NCBI GenBank assembly: GCA_018238155.1
Contig: JABCTZ010000032.1
Span: 288,001 to 352,000 of the forward strand
Length of the DNA: 64,000 nt
Reading direction: 5' to 3'
Origin: Candidatus Heimdallarchaeota archaeon
GTDB taxonomy: Archaea; Asgardarchaeota; Heimdallarchaeia; JABLTI01
Shown here one piece after another: positions 18,928 to 28,952 of this stretch (its first letter is position 1; each line of letters begins with the position of its first letter). The notes under the pieces are model-generated. The model saw only the letters and a list, made by a program, of their open reading frames with translations. It made no database searches and was not told the DNA's origin. The translations under genes and the position numbers were made by a program.

Positions 18928-20654
18928 GAATTACTAACGGTTATCTTGTCGATCCTGCTAATGGTATAGTTGGGGAGAACAAAGATGTTTTTGTTATCGA
19001 TGGGAAAATTGTAGAAGAAAGTGAAATTCGTTCAGATATGAAAATCAAAGTTATAGATGCTTCTGGTAAAGTTGTAATGCCTGGTGGAGTTGATATTCAC
19101 GCCCATATTGCAGGTCCCAAAGTCAACTCTGGAAGGTTACTAAGACCAGAAGATCATATTATTGATCCATTAAATAAGACTGCTGTTGCTCGTTCAGGAA
19201 CTGGTCGTTCGGTTCCATCTACATACTACACTGGGTATGCATATGCTCGCTTAGGATATACTTTTGCAATGGAACCAGCAATGCCGCCTCTAGAAGCACG
19301 ACATACACATGAAGAGTTAATGGATATTCCAATTATTGATAAAGGCGCCTATACTCTTTTGGGGAGTAATTGGTTTGTCTTAGAACGCATTAGTGAGATG
19401 AACAAAGATGAAATGGCTGCTTTTGTTGCTTGGTTGCTCAAAGCCTCTGGTGGATATTCAATTAAATTGGTAAATCCCGGTGGAGAAGAAACTTGGGCAT
19501 GGGGTCAGAATGTTCACTCTTTAGATGATTTAGTAGGTTCGTTCAAAGCTACTCCAAGGAAAATTATTAAAACATTGGCTGGAGTAAATGAACGATTATC
19601 ACTACCTCAAACAATTCATTTGCATACCAATAATTTGGGCATTCCAGGTAATCATGATGTTACTTTGGAAACTATGAATGCAGTAAAAGGCATTAAACCT
19701 GCAAAAGGTAGAAAAACAAATATGCATTTAACCCACATTCAATTTTCTTCGTACGGTGGCAAGGGTTGGGAAGATTTCTGTTCTGAAGCTCCAGAGATAG
19801 CTCATTATATCAATAAGAATGATCATGTTTCTTGTGATGTCGGTCAAATTATCTTTACTAATACTACAACAATGACTGCTGATGGTGCATGGGAATGGAC
19901 TTTGAGAGGAATCACTGAACATCTAGCATGGTCACCTCGCTCTGGTTCAAAATGGATGAATACTCAAGTGGAACTTGAATCTAGCTCTGGTGTTGTACCT
20001 TATATCTTCAGAAGAAAAAATCCAGTAAATGCTATTCAATGGGCTATTGGGTTAGAGTTTCTCTTAATGATTAAAAACTTAAACAAAGTAAATATTTCAA
20101 CAGATCATCCAAATGGTGGTCCATTTACTTTCTATCCAAAAATTTTCAGCTGGTTAATGAGTAAAGATGCTCGAGATAGAATGCTTTCAAGAACAGATAA
20201 AGCAGCAAAAGAAAAAACATCTTTAGCAGAACTAACTCGCGAATTTTCATTGGCAGAAATAGCTCAAGTAAGTAGAGTCAGTGCTTCGAAAATACTCGGT
20301 TTGAAAAATAAAGGTCACTTAGGTATCGGTGCAGATGCAGATATTGCTATCTATGATTTCAAAATACCTTTAGATGAGTTAAATAAAAATTACAAAGCTG
20401 TGGAAAAAGGCTTTGGAAAAGCTGCATACACAATTAAGGATGGAGAATTGGTTCTTAAGGATGGAGTGATTATCTCGAGTCCGTTCGGTAGAACTTTTCG
20501 AGTTGAAGCAAATATACCTGAAGATTGGACTCTCCAAATCAGGGATGCAATTGAGGATCGATTCAGAAAGCATTATACCGTGAGCTTGGCAAATTATGCT
20601 GTGCAAAAAGAATATTTCCCAAATGAGGAATTGATCACAACTGAACTTCAATAA
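18894..20654 (+). CDS. fwdA: Formylmethanofuran dehydrogenase subunit A (start uncertain; ATT 18894 proposed)
   Basis: MPGGVDIHAHIAG, RPEDH, KLVNPGG, HLHTNNLG, STDHPNGGPF. The conserved N-terminus ITNGYLVDPANGI.GE..DV..DGKIV lies upstream of the first ATG (19038). Confidence 0.92.
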   Translation: MSSKKKKSKGLRITNGYLVDPANGIVGENKDVFVIDGKIVEESEIRSDMKIKVIDASGKVVMPGGVDIHAHIAGPKVNSGRLLRPEDHIIDPLNKTAVARSGTGRSVPSTYYTGYAYARLGYTFAMEPAMPPLEARHTHEELMDIPIIDKGAYTLLGSNWFVLERISEMNKDEMAAFVAWLLKASGGYSIKLVNPGGEETWAWGQNVHSLDDLVGSFKATPRKIIKTLAGVNERLSLPQTIHLHTNNLGIPGNHDVTLETMNAVKGIKPAKGRKTNMHLTHIQFSSYGGKGWEDFCSEAPEIAHYINKNDHVSCDVGQIIFTNTTTMTADGAWEWTLRGITEHLAWSPRSGSKWMNTQVELESSSGVVPYIFRRKNPVNAIQWAIGLEFLLMIKNLNKVNISTDHPNGGPFTFYPKIFSWLMSKDARDRMLSRTDKAAKEKTSLAELTREFSLAEIAQVSRVSASKILGLKNKGHLGIGADADIAIYDFKIPLDELNKNYKAVEKGFGKAAYTIKDGELVLKDGVIISSPFGRTFRVEANIPEDWTLQIRDAIEDRFRKHYTVSLANYAVQKEYFPNEELITTELQ

Positions 20655-20660
20655 TGTTAT

Positions 20661-21500
20661 TTGGTGGATAAGATGAAGCAAATAATACTGACGCAAAAAC
20701 AACCGGTAATTAATCCAAAAATTCCAATAGAAGCTGATGTTATATCTCCTGATATTTTTACAAAGAAGAGTATTGAGGAAATAAAACAATTGATAATCTG
20801 GCGTGGAAATAGACAATTACCTCTCGAAGAAGTTTTTAGCTTGACTGGAGAAGAACACGTTGGAGATTCTACGGCAGAAATAGAAATAGTACTCATTGGT
20901 GAATTATCAAAGTACAAGCATGTTGGCGAAAAAATGTCAGCAGGAAAAATCACAATTAAAAGTTCTATTGGAATGCATTTAGGATCACAAATGTCTGGGG
21001 GAAAGATCATTGTAGAAGGAGATGTACATGATTTTGCAGGCGCAAACATGACTGGTGGAGAGATTCAAATTCAAGGTAATGCAGGACATTATTTAGGAGG
21101 TTCAATGCGAGGGAATTGGCGTGGGATGAGTGGTGGCAAAATCAAAGTAGATGGCAATGTCTTGAATGAGTGTGGTATATGGATGCGAAAAGGTATCATT
21201 GAAATCGATGGTTCCGCAACAATGTTTCTTGGTATGCATTTGCACAGGGGAACAATTATTGTTCATGGAGATGTTATTGAGAGAGCAGGAGCAGAGATGA
21301 CCGGTGGAGAGGTAATCATCCTTGGAAAACTACATAAAAATCTTCCATCATTTGAATTCAAAGAAATAATTGATGAATTACCTGTAGAAGGTTTTGGAAC
21401 AATTAAAGGTCCTTTGCTGGTGTTTATTGGAGATTATGCTGAAAGAAAACAAGGGAAGATGTTTTTGCTTAAAAAGAAAAATGAACATCTTATTGATTGA
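20661..21500 (+). CDS. fwdC: Formylmethanofuran dehydrogenase subunit C
   Basis: PIEADVISPD, GxxMxGGxIxVxG repeats, GNWRGMSGG. Confidence 0.95.
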   Translation: MVDKMKQIILTQKQPVINPKIPIEADVISPDIFTKKSIEEIKQLIIWRGNRQLPLEEVFSLTGEEHVGDSTAEIEIVLIGELSKYKHVGEKMSAGKITIKSSIGMHLGSQMSGGKIIVEGDVHDFAGANMTGGEIQIQGNAGHYLGGSMRGNWRGMSGGKIKVDGNVLNECGIWMRKGIIEIDGSATMFLGMHLHRGTIIVHGDVIERAGAEMTGGEVIILGKLHKNLPSFEFKEIIDELPVEGFGTIKGPLLVFIGDYAERKQGKMFLLKKKNEHLID

Positions 21501-21511
21501 TTAATTAATTA

Positions 21512-22225
21512 TCATTTCCCTGTAAAGACACTTCTAGAAGCAACATCATATATTGTTTCAAGTAAATTAAGATTGGCAATATCTTGGTTGAAATTAATTT
21601 TTCCATCAATATTAACTTCTAAATCCAGAAGAAAACTAACTTCTTTTATTTGTAATTTTATTTGGTGATTTTTTGGTTTGTAAGTTTTAAGTGTAGATAA
21701 AAACGTTTCATTATTATGAATGATTACTTCTAAATCCCCAGAGAGGAACTCACTAATGGTCAAATTATTAATAGTCAAAGTTTTAGCTATAACCTCTAAT
21801 CTCGTTTTTGATAATTTTAAATAGAATTTTTCTAAATCAATTTCACAAGGAGAAAATCGTAAGTTTATTTTTTTACTCAGATAATCTATTGCTTTTTTTA
21901 TATGAGATGATTTCCCTGTGAATATACAAAGATAAATTCCTGTTGGTGTTTCCAAATCAGTTGGAGGATCGAGTATCTTTATTTTTGTATCTTGATAAAT
22001 AACCATATTTTCTGATCGCATAGCAGGAAGAGTTCTATGTGGAAAGAAGAATTTTTTTTCGGTCATTTGATAATATTTGCCTTGGAAATAACTACTTGCT
22101 AACGGATCAAAGGTAATAAATTCAGTATCAATTGAAGGATCACCAAAATCTATACTTGCAAATTGCTCCTCTGTGAGATGTTCTTCTCCTATCAAATATC
22201 CCCAGAATAGGCTTATAGAATTCAT
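21512..22225 (-). CDS. Hypothetical protein
   Basis: 237-aa ORF with GAGGT SD. Confidence 0.65.
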   Translation of the reverse strand: MNSISLFWGYLIGEEHLTEEQFASIDFGDPSIDTEFITFDPLASSYFQGKYYQMTEKKFFFPHRTLPAMRSENMVIYQDTKIKILDPPTDLETPTGIYLCIFTGKSSHIKKAIDYLSKKINLRFSPCEIDLEKFYLKLSKTRLEVIAKTLTINNLTISEFLSGDLEVIIHNNETFLSTLKTYKPKNHQIKLQIKEVSFLLDLEVNIDGKINFNQDIANLNLLETIYDVASRSVFTGK

Positions 22226-22306
22226 GTAGTTTTTACCTCAATAAATCTATAATGTATTAATGTACAAGTCTACTTAATAAAAATTTCATTGGAACATTGA
22301 AGGAAA

Positions 22307-22888
22307 TCATTGATTTTGCATATAACGTTGCTGTGGAGTCAAATCTTCCTCTTCCTCTGCTTCTTTCAGTATCTTATTTCTAATTTTAATTATTGCATAT
22401 ATTATTATACTGAGAAAAAATATTGCTGCGAGTGCTGAAATCAAACCAATTATTGTCGGTGATAAATTCCCTTCATTTGATTCTAGTTTCAAATTTAAAT
22501 TTGCTTGTACACTCTTTGGATTATAAAAGACGAAGAAAATTTCTCCATCTTGATTTGTGGTAACTTTCCCGGTATCGAATTTTCCCTCAGTATACAAGAG
22601 GCTTTCAAAGTATGTGGACCTTTTCATTAAATTCATCGCTTGTATTGTTGTATAATCCGCTTCTGAAACTGGTGTTCCTTGGATTTCAATATCACTTGAC
22701 CACTCATAATTAACAATTGAGTTAGCAGTAAAATTCTCATCTTCAAATATGAAGTACCAATTTTGAGCTGGAAGAATATACGAATTTTCGACAGGCTCAG
22801 TGCTTTCAATAGTAGAATATGTAAGAATTTGCAGTGAAATTGATAACAGGATTACAATTGATAGGATGTTTTTAGTTTTGGACTTCAT
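22307..22888 (-). CDS. Type I membrane protein with a GOLD/emp24-like beta-sandwich
   Basis: Signal peptide, DTGKVTTNQDGEIFFVFYNP..NLNL, TM helix, short cytoplasmic tail. Confidence 0.5.
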   Translation of the reverse strand: MKSKTKNILSIVILLSISLQILTYSTIESTEPVENSYILPAQNWYFIFEDENFTANSIVNYEWSSDIEIQGTPVSEADYTTIQAMNLMKRSTYFESLLYTEGKFDTGKVTTNQDGEIFFVFYNPKSVQANLNLKLESNEGNLSPTIIGLISALAAIFFLSIIIYAIIKIRNKILKEAEEEEDLTPQQRYMQNQ

Positions 22889-22995
22889 ATTTCGTTTCTC
22901 TCTTGAAGATGTATGTAAGGATGGATAATATCTAACAATCATTTAAACAGCTTTTCATTAATATTTCCGTTTAAAATAAAAAAATTACCTTGTAT

Positions 22996-24144
22996 TCAAA
23001 CTTCTATTCCTTTCTGCTTTTTTTTGACATAGATGTAAATCATAACTCCTATACCAATAACTGTAAGCGGAATGATTGTTGCGTTTATAACAACTCTTCC
23101 AACGAAGAACTTTGGTATCTCTGTCTGCACTTCATGCACTGGTTTAGTTAATGGATATCTATCTCTACCTTTTGCTTTCCCATCAATTTTATATGAGAGT
23201 ATACCATTCCAATCTGACCAGTAGTTTCCTTCTCTGGTTTCTTTGTCATACCATACAACTTTTTCATACCCTTCATAGAATGCTTGACTAGTTGCTTTAG
23301 CATTCAAGTTATTATTTGCAAAAGTATTATGATGGATGGTAGTTTCTAGACCATTTATAATTCTTATAGCAACGGATGTAGAATTCTCTATTAAATTATA
23401 AGTTATATTATTGTATATTCCATTCAGTTCATAATAATTTGAAATAAAGATACAATATTCATTATTTAGTAAAGAATTGTTATGGATATTGAAATCATTT
23501 AAATCACTACTGCATGCTATTGCATGAAAATTTTCATAAAAGTAATTGTTAGCAATGTTTGTAAAAACATTATCACCTGGTAATGAATAGGATCGTATAC
23601 CGTATTCATTATTTCTAAAAGTGTTGTGTAAAATATCAATCCCCGTTGTGTTACCAATTTGAATTGATTCGTAATTCTGCTCAAAAAGATTATCAAAAAT
23701 TATTATTTCATCACACTTGAACAAATATAGTCCAACAACATTGTCAATAAATGAATTGTTCTGAATTTTTATTGTTCCAGATTCGACTTCTACCAAAACT
23801 AATCCACTATGTGCAGAATCAATTGTACAGTTTTGGATAACAATATACTTTGTTGTATTATAAACTGTTATCGCTGAATGCATATTAGTATCAATTCCAT
23901 AATTTTCTATTCGATACGGATTCTCAAAAGTCCCCTCTCCGGGAAAACCATAATCTGTTAGGTTCTTGTCTGAGCCGATTTCAATTTCAAAAATGGAATT
24001 TGTATTAGAGATTCTAGATTTTAGATTATCTCTAGTGTTAAATGAAACACTACTTTTAGCACTCACATTATCACAAATACCTGGAATCAAAAATGAATTA
24101 GAAGAAAATAATAATATAAAAAAGATAATGTTTGCTTTTTTCAA
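22996..24144 (-). CDS. NosD/pectin-lyase-fold parallel beta-helix surface protein
   Basis: GEGTFENPYRIEN, IxxNxFxxNxxGI repeats, GNYWSDW, DRYPL, C-terminal TM; probable TTG start at 24144. Confidence 0.88.
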   Translation of the reverse strand: MKKANIIFFILLFSSNSFLIPGICDNVSAKSSVSFNTRDNLKSRISNTNSIFEIEIGSDKNLTDYGFPGEGTFENPYRIENYGIDTNMHSAITVYNTTKYIVIQNCTIDSAHSGLVLVEVESGTIKIQNNSFIDNVVGLYLFKCDEIIIFDNLFEQNYESIQIGNTTGIDILHNTFRNNEYGIRSYSLPGDNVFTNIANNYFYENFHAIACSSDLNDFNIHNNSLLNNEYCIFISNYYELNGIYNNITYNLIENSTSVAIRIINGLETTIHHNTFANNNLNAKATSQAFYEGYEKVVWYDKETREGNYWSDWNGILSYKIDGKAKGRDRYPLTKPVHEVQTEIPKFFVGRVVINATIIPLTVIGIGVMIYIYVKKKQKGIEV

Positions 24145-24430
24145 GTTAATCCCCTTTATTCTAAGTTGCAATACATTGTTCAAGTTATTAAATAATATTG
24201 AATTAAGCTCGTTAATAAATGAGCTTTTCTCAACATTAATCAAAAGAAGATTTGTTTGTACAATACTTTGCATTTGAAGAATAATCATAATTTTGATTGT
24301 CTTTTTCATTTCTATCTAGATATATGTTAGTATGAACACAAATATCAAGTAATTTTATTTAAACAGCTTTTTATTGGAACTTGTTATATTAATAATAATA
24401 AATACAAGTAGTTTTGTAGAATGAAGTGAG

Positions 24431-26632
24431 ATGATACATATGCGTTCCTCAAAATCAATTAAGTTCATGATTATTCTAATGCTAATAATTCTCCCAATTG
24501 TAAGTAATCGCACGATATTTTCGGTGGAAAAGTATCTTACCAACCCAACAGCATCTCCTAATTCGAGCTGGTTGACATCCGCAAGAATTGCTGGAGATGA
24601 TTTTTGGGAAGATATGACTGATGAAGAGGTTCGCGAAAAAGTTCAAAATCTTGTGCAGCAAAATGTCAATGTTTTAGAATTAGATATAGGTTTGATTCAT
24701 CTCTATGAAACTTTCTTCAATCCTGAAATCTATATCCAAGCGACAGAGCAAATAGTAGAAATTGCTCACGAAGAAGGGTTAGCGGTTGTTGAATATATTT
24801 CCGGCTTTGAAATAATAACGGAAGGTGCAAACAAAAAAGAACATTCTGTTTTAATGGATCATCCTGATTGGTTACAACAAGATCTTCAAGGAAATTATGC
24901 TGTTTATGGTTCAGAATTAGGTTTCTGGGTAGAACGTGGAGATGAATCTGCTTGGGTTACTCCTTTAGCTACTGAGTGGAGAAATCAATATCTTTCAATA
25001 GTTGCTGATTTAGCTGCGACAGGTGTTGATGGAATCTATATTGATATTCCTTATTGGAAAGTGTGGTATAGTGATACTAATGAATATACTTGGGGAAGCT
25101 TTGATTCTTATACTATCGCAGAATTTGAAAAAAGATTTGGACATTCACCACCCCAAACAGAGCTAGAATTCACTTTGAGCAATCCAGTATTTATTGAATG
25201 GCTCCAATTTAGAATTGACATTGTAAATGAATTCTTTGAAGACGTATCTAGCATCGCAAAGGCAATCAACCCTGAGATAAAAATTATCGCTGAATTGTAT
25301 CTAGCTCAAGGTATACATGGTTTGTACTCAGGGGCAGATCCATATTTTCTATATGATCATGTAGATGCAATTGCACATGAATTTGGAGTAAACGGCGATG
25401 CAAAAGTGATGAATGAGGAGTTATGGCTATATACAGTAATAAAGAATTTAATTTATAGAGCTCTGGATTTTGAACATCCTAGTTGGATTTTAGATTATGC
25501 TGATGAACAATTAGATTCAACTGTGCTTGCAGCTGCAAATGTTTTATTTGAAGGCAATTTTTGGGAAACAAAAGGACCTGAAATGGCTGATACTGTAGGA
25601 TTAGATTTTAGAAAAGAACTGTTTGATTGGATACAGAGTAATGACCAATATCTCTATGATTCATGGGAAGTGATGGAACCTGTTGCTGTTTATTTCAGTC
25701 CACAAACAAGAAATTTCGTCTATTCATTAAATGCTTCACAAGAGCCAATTGTCGAATCTGGAGGACTCTTTGCTGATCAAATTTGGGAAAGTTATGATGA
25801 ATATATTGGAGGGCACCATTGTTATGACTTGTATGGTATTACAGCGATGCTACTTCAATCCCATACTCCAGTGAAAATTATTACCTCGAGACATTTACCA
25901 TATTTAGATGAATTGGATGTACAAATTTTAATTCTACCTGATGTTGCAGCATTAAACACTTCTGAAATGGATTATATTCAAGATTTTGCTACAACGAAAC
26001 CGGTAATTTCAACGGCTCTAACTTCATTATATTTTCATAACGGAACTCAACGCACAGATTTTGGATTAGAAACATTTTTTGGCACTAATTATGCTTCAAA
26101 TGATTTACTGGTGAATAATGAAAATTCAACATATATTCGTAATAGAATCGGAGAAGAATATTGGTGCGATATTCTCTTTGGTAATGAAAATGATGCATCA
26201 ACAAAGTTGAATCATTTCTTAGAAGAAATTCTCTCAGAAAAAGCAAATTATTCTTCACCAATAACTACAACTGCAAGCTCATATACGTTATTGAATCCGT
26301 ATATCAATTCTACTGATTTAATTGTGAAAATTACTAATTTCAAAGGAACAAGTAAAAACAGTCAAAATCCTGATCCTGCGAAATTTCACTTAAAAATTGT
26401 TGATTCAAAAAACAATCAATACATAGCTCTTGATGAAATACAACTAACATTTGGTGGAATAGTGCATTTTAATGGAAGTAGTTTGGTATTACTTTCTGAA
26501 TTATTTTTAGATATACAAGATACTAATTGGTATATTTGGGGTTTCAGTATTGGTGGCGGAGTTGTTCTAATTACAGTTTGCATTACCTTATTTTACTCCA
26601 TTAAAAGGAAGAAGAAGATTGGAAACACTTGA
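24431..26632 (+). CDS. Membrane-anchored putative glycoside hydrolase (TIM barrel + GH42-like trimerisation domain)
   Basis: Signal peptide, AHEEGL.V..Y, HPDWLQ, GVDGIYID, F..RFG..P, WLQFR, VAVYFS, ILILPDV, C-terminal TM. Confidence 0.7.
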   Translation: MIHMRSSKSIKFMIILMLIILPIVSNRTIFSVEKYLTNPTASPNSSWLTSARIAGDDFWEDMTDEEVREKVQNLVQQNVNVLELDIGLIHLYETFFNPEIYIQATEQIVEIAHEEGLAVVEYISGFEIITEGANKKEHSVLMDHPDWLQQDLQGNYAVYGSELGFWVERGDESAWVTPLATEWRNQYLSIVADLAATGVDGIYIDIPYWKVWYSDTNEYTWGSFDSYTIAEFEKRFGHSPPQTELEFTLSNPVFIEWLQFRIDIVNEFFEDVSSIAKAINPEIKIIAELYLAQGIHGLYSGADPYFLYDHVDAIAHEFGVNGDAKVMNEELWLYTVIKNLIYRALDFEHPSWILDYADEQLDSTVLAAANVLFEGNFWETKGPEMADTVGLDFRKELFDWIQSNDQYLYDSWEVMEPVAVYFSPQTRNFVYSLNASQEPIVESGGLFADQIWESYDEYIGGHHCYDLYGITAMLLQSHTPVKIITSRHLPYLDELDVQILILPDVAALNTSEMDYIQDFATTKPVISTALTSLYFHNGTQRTDFGLETFFGTNYASNDLLVNNENSTYIRNRIGEEYWCDILFGNENDASTKLNHFLEEILSEKANYSSPITTTASSYTLLNPYINSTDLIVKITNFKGTSKNSQNPDPAKFHLKIVDSKNNQYIALDEIQLTFGGIVHFNGSSLVLLSELFLDIQDTNWYIWGFSIGGGVVLITVCITLFYSIKRKKKIGNT

Positions 26633-26933
26633 TGTTGTAATCTTGTTTGTAATTGATCAATGCATTGATAGTTTATCAGTTCCTATCTTTGTTACCTTTT
26701 TTTGAATAACAGGTTTTCTTACTCATATACCAATCTAGGAAAGATAATTCGTTTTAGGCGTTTATTCTGAAACATTTATATTTAGCTTCCATTAATCTTT
26801 GTTTAATCAAACTATGAAGGTGGAATAATGCATAGAAGGGGTCGCCAAATTTGTTACTAAACAGGTTCTTAAATCAGTCGTAGGTAACTTCAAGGTATCT
26901 CTGCTAACGCAACATTTTCATGATGATTCTGGA

Positions 26934-27380
26934 ATGAATTTCTTATTGTATTTCCCAGCACAGAAGATGGGTACGTTTAGCTGTCCTAAATTCCAACAGC
27001 TTCAGTCGAATAATCCCTCTTGGCATCAAGAGGATAATAGTAGTATGGATAACATAACCTCTAACTTTCCTACTTCAAAAGAGGAATTTTGTAAGGTTTT
27101 TCCTGTAGTTCTAACAGAAAATCTGTTAGTCGCTTTGACACAAGAAAGTGAACTTGAGGATTGTATTTCTCCACAATCGTGGAATAATACAGAAAACATT
27201 CACCTATTAGCCCTTCTTAGTTGGTTTGTTAGTGGATGGTCATTTCTTCTCAGTTTCTTTGAAAGCCTCAATCATATCTTATCTTCACAGGTTTTGAAAG
27301 ATAGCGCTCGTTTGTGTGAAATTCTCTGCTCAATAATTCGTCTTTTTATTATTATTATTATTATTATTTGCATTAGCTAA
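26934..27380 (+). CDS. Doubtful 148-aa ORF / structured leader upstream of the radical SAM operon
   Basis: No SD and no motif; contains several hairpins and ends in (ATT)7. Confidence 0.3.
   Translation: MNFLLYFPAQKMGTFSCPKFQQLQSNNPSWHQEDNSSMDNITSNFPTSKEEFCKVFPVVLTENLLVALTQESELEDCISPQSWNNTENIHLLALLSWFVSGWSFLLSFFESLNHILSSQVLKDSARLCEILCSIIRLFIIIIIIICIS
27348..27368 (+). repeat. (ATT)7 microsatellite
   Basis: Read directly from sequence. Confidence 0.9.
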
Positions 27381-27452
27381 AGCTTTGATTTCTATTCTTG
27401 AAACGAAAGCTTGCTCTGCGATAATATTTTTTGTTATTTAGGTGATAATTTT

Positions 27453-28952
27453 ATGAAAAAAATTGTTGAATTAATATCAATATCCTTTCCGGGAAGAGAC
27501 TTGAACCTTGGACCAGTTTATCTTAAGAATTATGCTCTTAAGAACAAACACGTTGCTAACAACTACACTATCAACATCTCACAATTCGATAAAGACACGT
27601 CGGCTTCTGAATTGCTAGATTGCTTGTTGAGTCGAAATGCCCGTATTTATGGTTTTTCAACTTATGTGTGGAATTATGATTTGGTCATAGACGTATCAAG
27701 AATGCTAAAAAAGGAGCGACCTGAAGCAACAATAATTTTAGGTGGACCTGAGGCTGCCGGTTTAGCAGAAAAACTTCTTCTGCAACATCCCTTTTTGGAT
27801 TATATTTTTGTAGGAGAAAGTGAAATCTCATTTTCTGCGTTTCTTGAATCTACAGAACTACAAGAGATTCCTGGCTTAGCTTATAGGAAAAATGATTCTG
27901 TTATGATAAATCCTGAATGTTTCGTTGAAGATCTAAACTCTTTAGTTCTTCCCTATGAATGTGAAGAGTATCGAACATATATTGATAATGCTCCTGCTCC
28001 AGTTCGCTCGGCTATTGAAACTTCTCGAGGTTGCCCATTCCGATGCAGATATTGTACTTGGGGTGGAACAAAGATGCGCTACTTTAGTTTGGAAAAATTA
28101 AAACCTGCCTTCGAATATCTCTTCAATCATCCAAATGTTAAAACAGTCTATATTACTGATTCAAACCCTTTTCTCCGACGAAGAAGAACGATTGAATTAC
28201 TCGAGATGTTGATTCAGTTAAACGTACATAGAAAATCTATCACTTTTGAGCTTGCTCCAGAATATATGACTGATGAAAGTATATTGGCTCTCATACCAAA
28301 ACTATGCGATGATGAATTTGCTTTGGGTGTACAGTCTACATCCCCTACTGTTTTAGCTTTGATGGATAGGCGATTTAATTCTGAAAGATATTTGAAGAAT
28401 ATTGATTTGATGAAAAGCAAAAATCCTGATATACGACTCTGGTTCAGCTTAATCATTGGATTGCCTGGGGATAGCTATAGTCAATTCTTGAACTCTCTTG
28501 ACTTTGTTATTAATATGCAACCAGAAGGTGTCTATGTTCATGAACTACTCTGCTTACCTGGTTCTGAATTCTACAAGAATCCTGAAAAATATGGTATAGA
28601 ATACATGGATGTACCACCTCATAAGGTTTTGAAAAATAAAACTTTTCCAGAGGAACAATATAACAAGGCAAAATTGCTCTCGTATTTTGTGTACCTTCTC
28701 CATCGGGTAGAATCTCTTCGGAAGAATTTTTACAATATGGGTAATGGTAAAGATTCTTCTCTGCGCCTCATTGATCACTATGAGCGTTTTGTGAGTTTTC
28801 TAGATGGCAAGCTTGATGCTTTGGCTGGAAAGGAAATTTCTGAGGTTTCTTCGTGGATTTTTGAACAAATGGCTAATGATTTTTTAGCGAAAGAAGAAAA
28901 TATCACAAAACTGGAATCACTATATGATTCTTTTTTGAATGAGGGTGTTTAG
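27453..28952 (+). CDS. Cobalamin-binding radical SAM enzyme (class B methyltransferase-like)
   Basis: B12-binding domain (YGFSTYVWN, IILGGPEA, GESE), ETSRGCPFRCRYC, GVQS, IIGLPGD; AGGTGA SD. Confidence 0.92.
   Translation: MKKIVELISISFPGRDLNLGPVYLKNYALKNKHVANNYTINISQFDKDTSASELLDCLLSRNARIYGFSTYVWNYDLVIDVSRMLKKERPEATIILGGPEAAGLAEKLLLQHPFLDYIFVGESEISFSAFLESTELQEIPGLAYRKNDSVMINPECFVEDLNSLVLPYECEEYRTYIDNAPAPVRSAIETSRGCPFRCRYCTWGGTKMRYFSLEKLKPAFEYLFNHPNVKTVYITDSNPFLRRRRTIELLEMLIQLNVHRKSITFELAPEYMTDESILALIPKLCDDEFALGVQSTSPTVLALMDRRFNSERYLKNIDLMKSKNPDIRLWFSLIIGLPGDSYSQFLNSLDFVINMQPEGVYVHELLCLPGSEFYKNPEKYGIEYMDVPPHKVLKNKTFPEEQYNKAKLLSYFVYLLHRVESLRKNFYNMGNGKDSSLRLIDHYERFVSFLDGKLDALAGKEISEVSSWIFEQMANDFLAKEENITKLESLYDSFLNEGV

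Noticed and set aside
26830-27450. Cobalamin riboswitch before the B12 radical SAM gene
   Set aside because: No B12-box or other conserved riboswitch core was recognisable; only generic hairpins.
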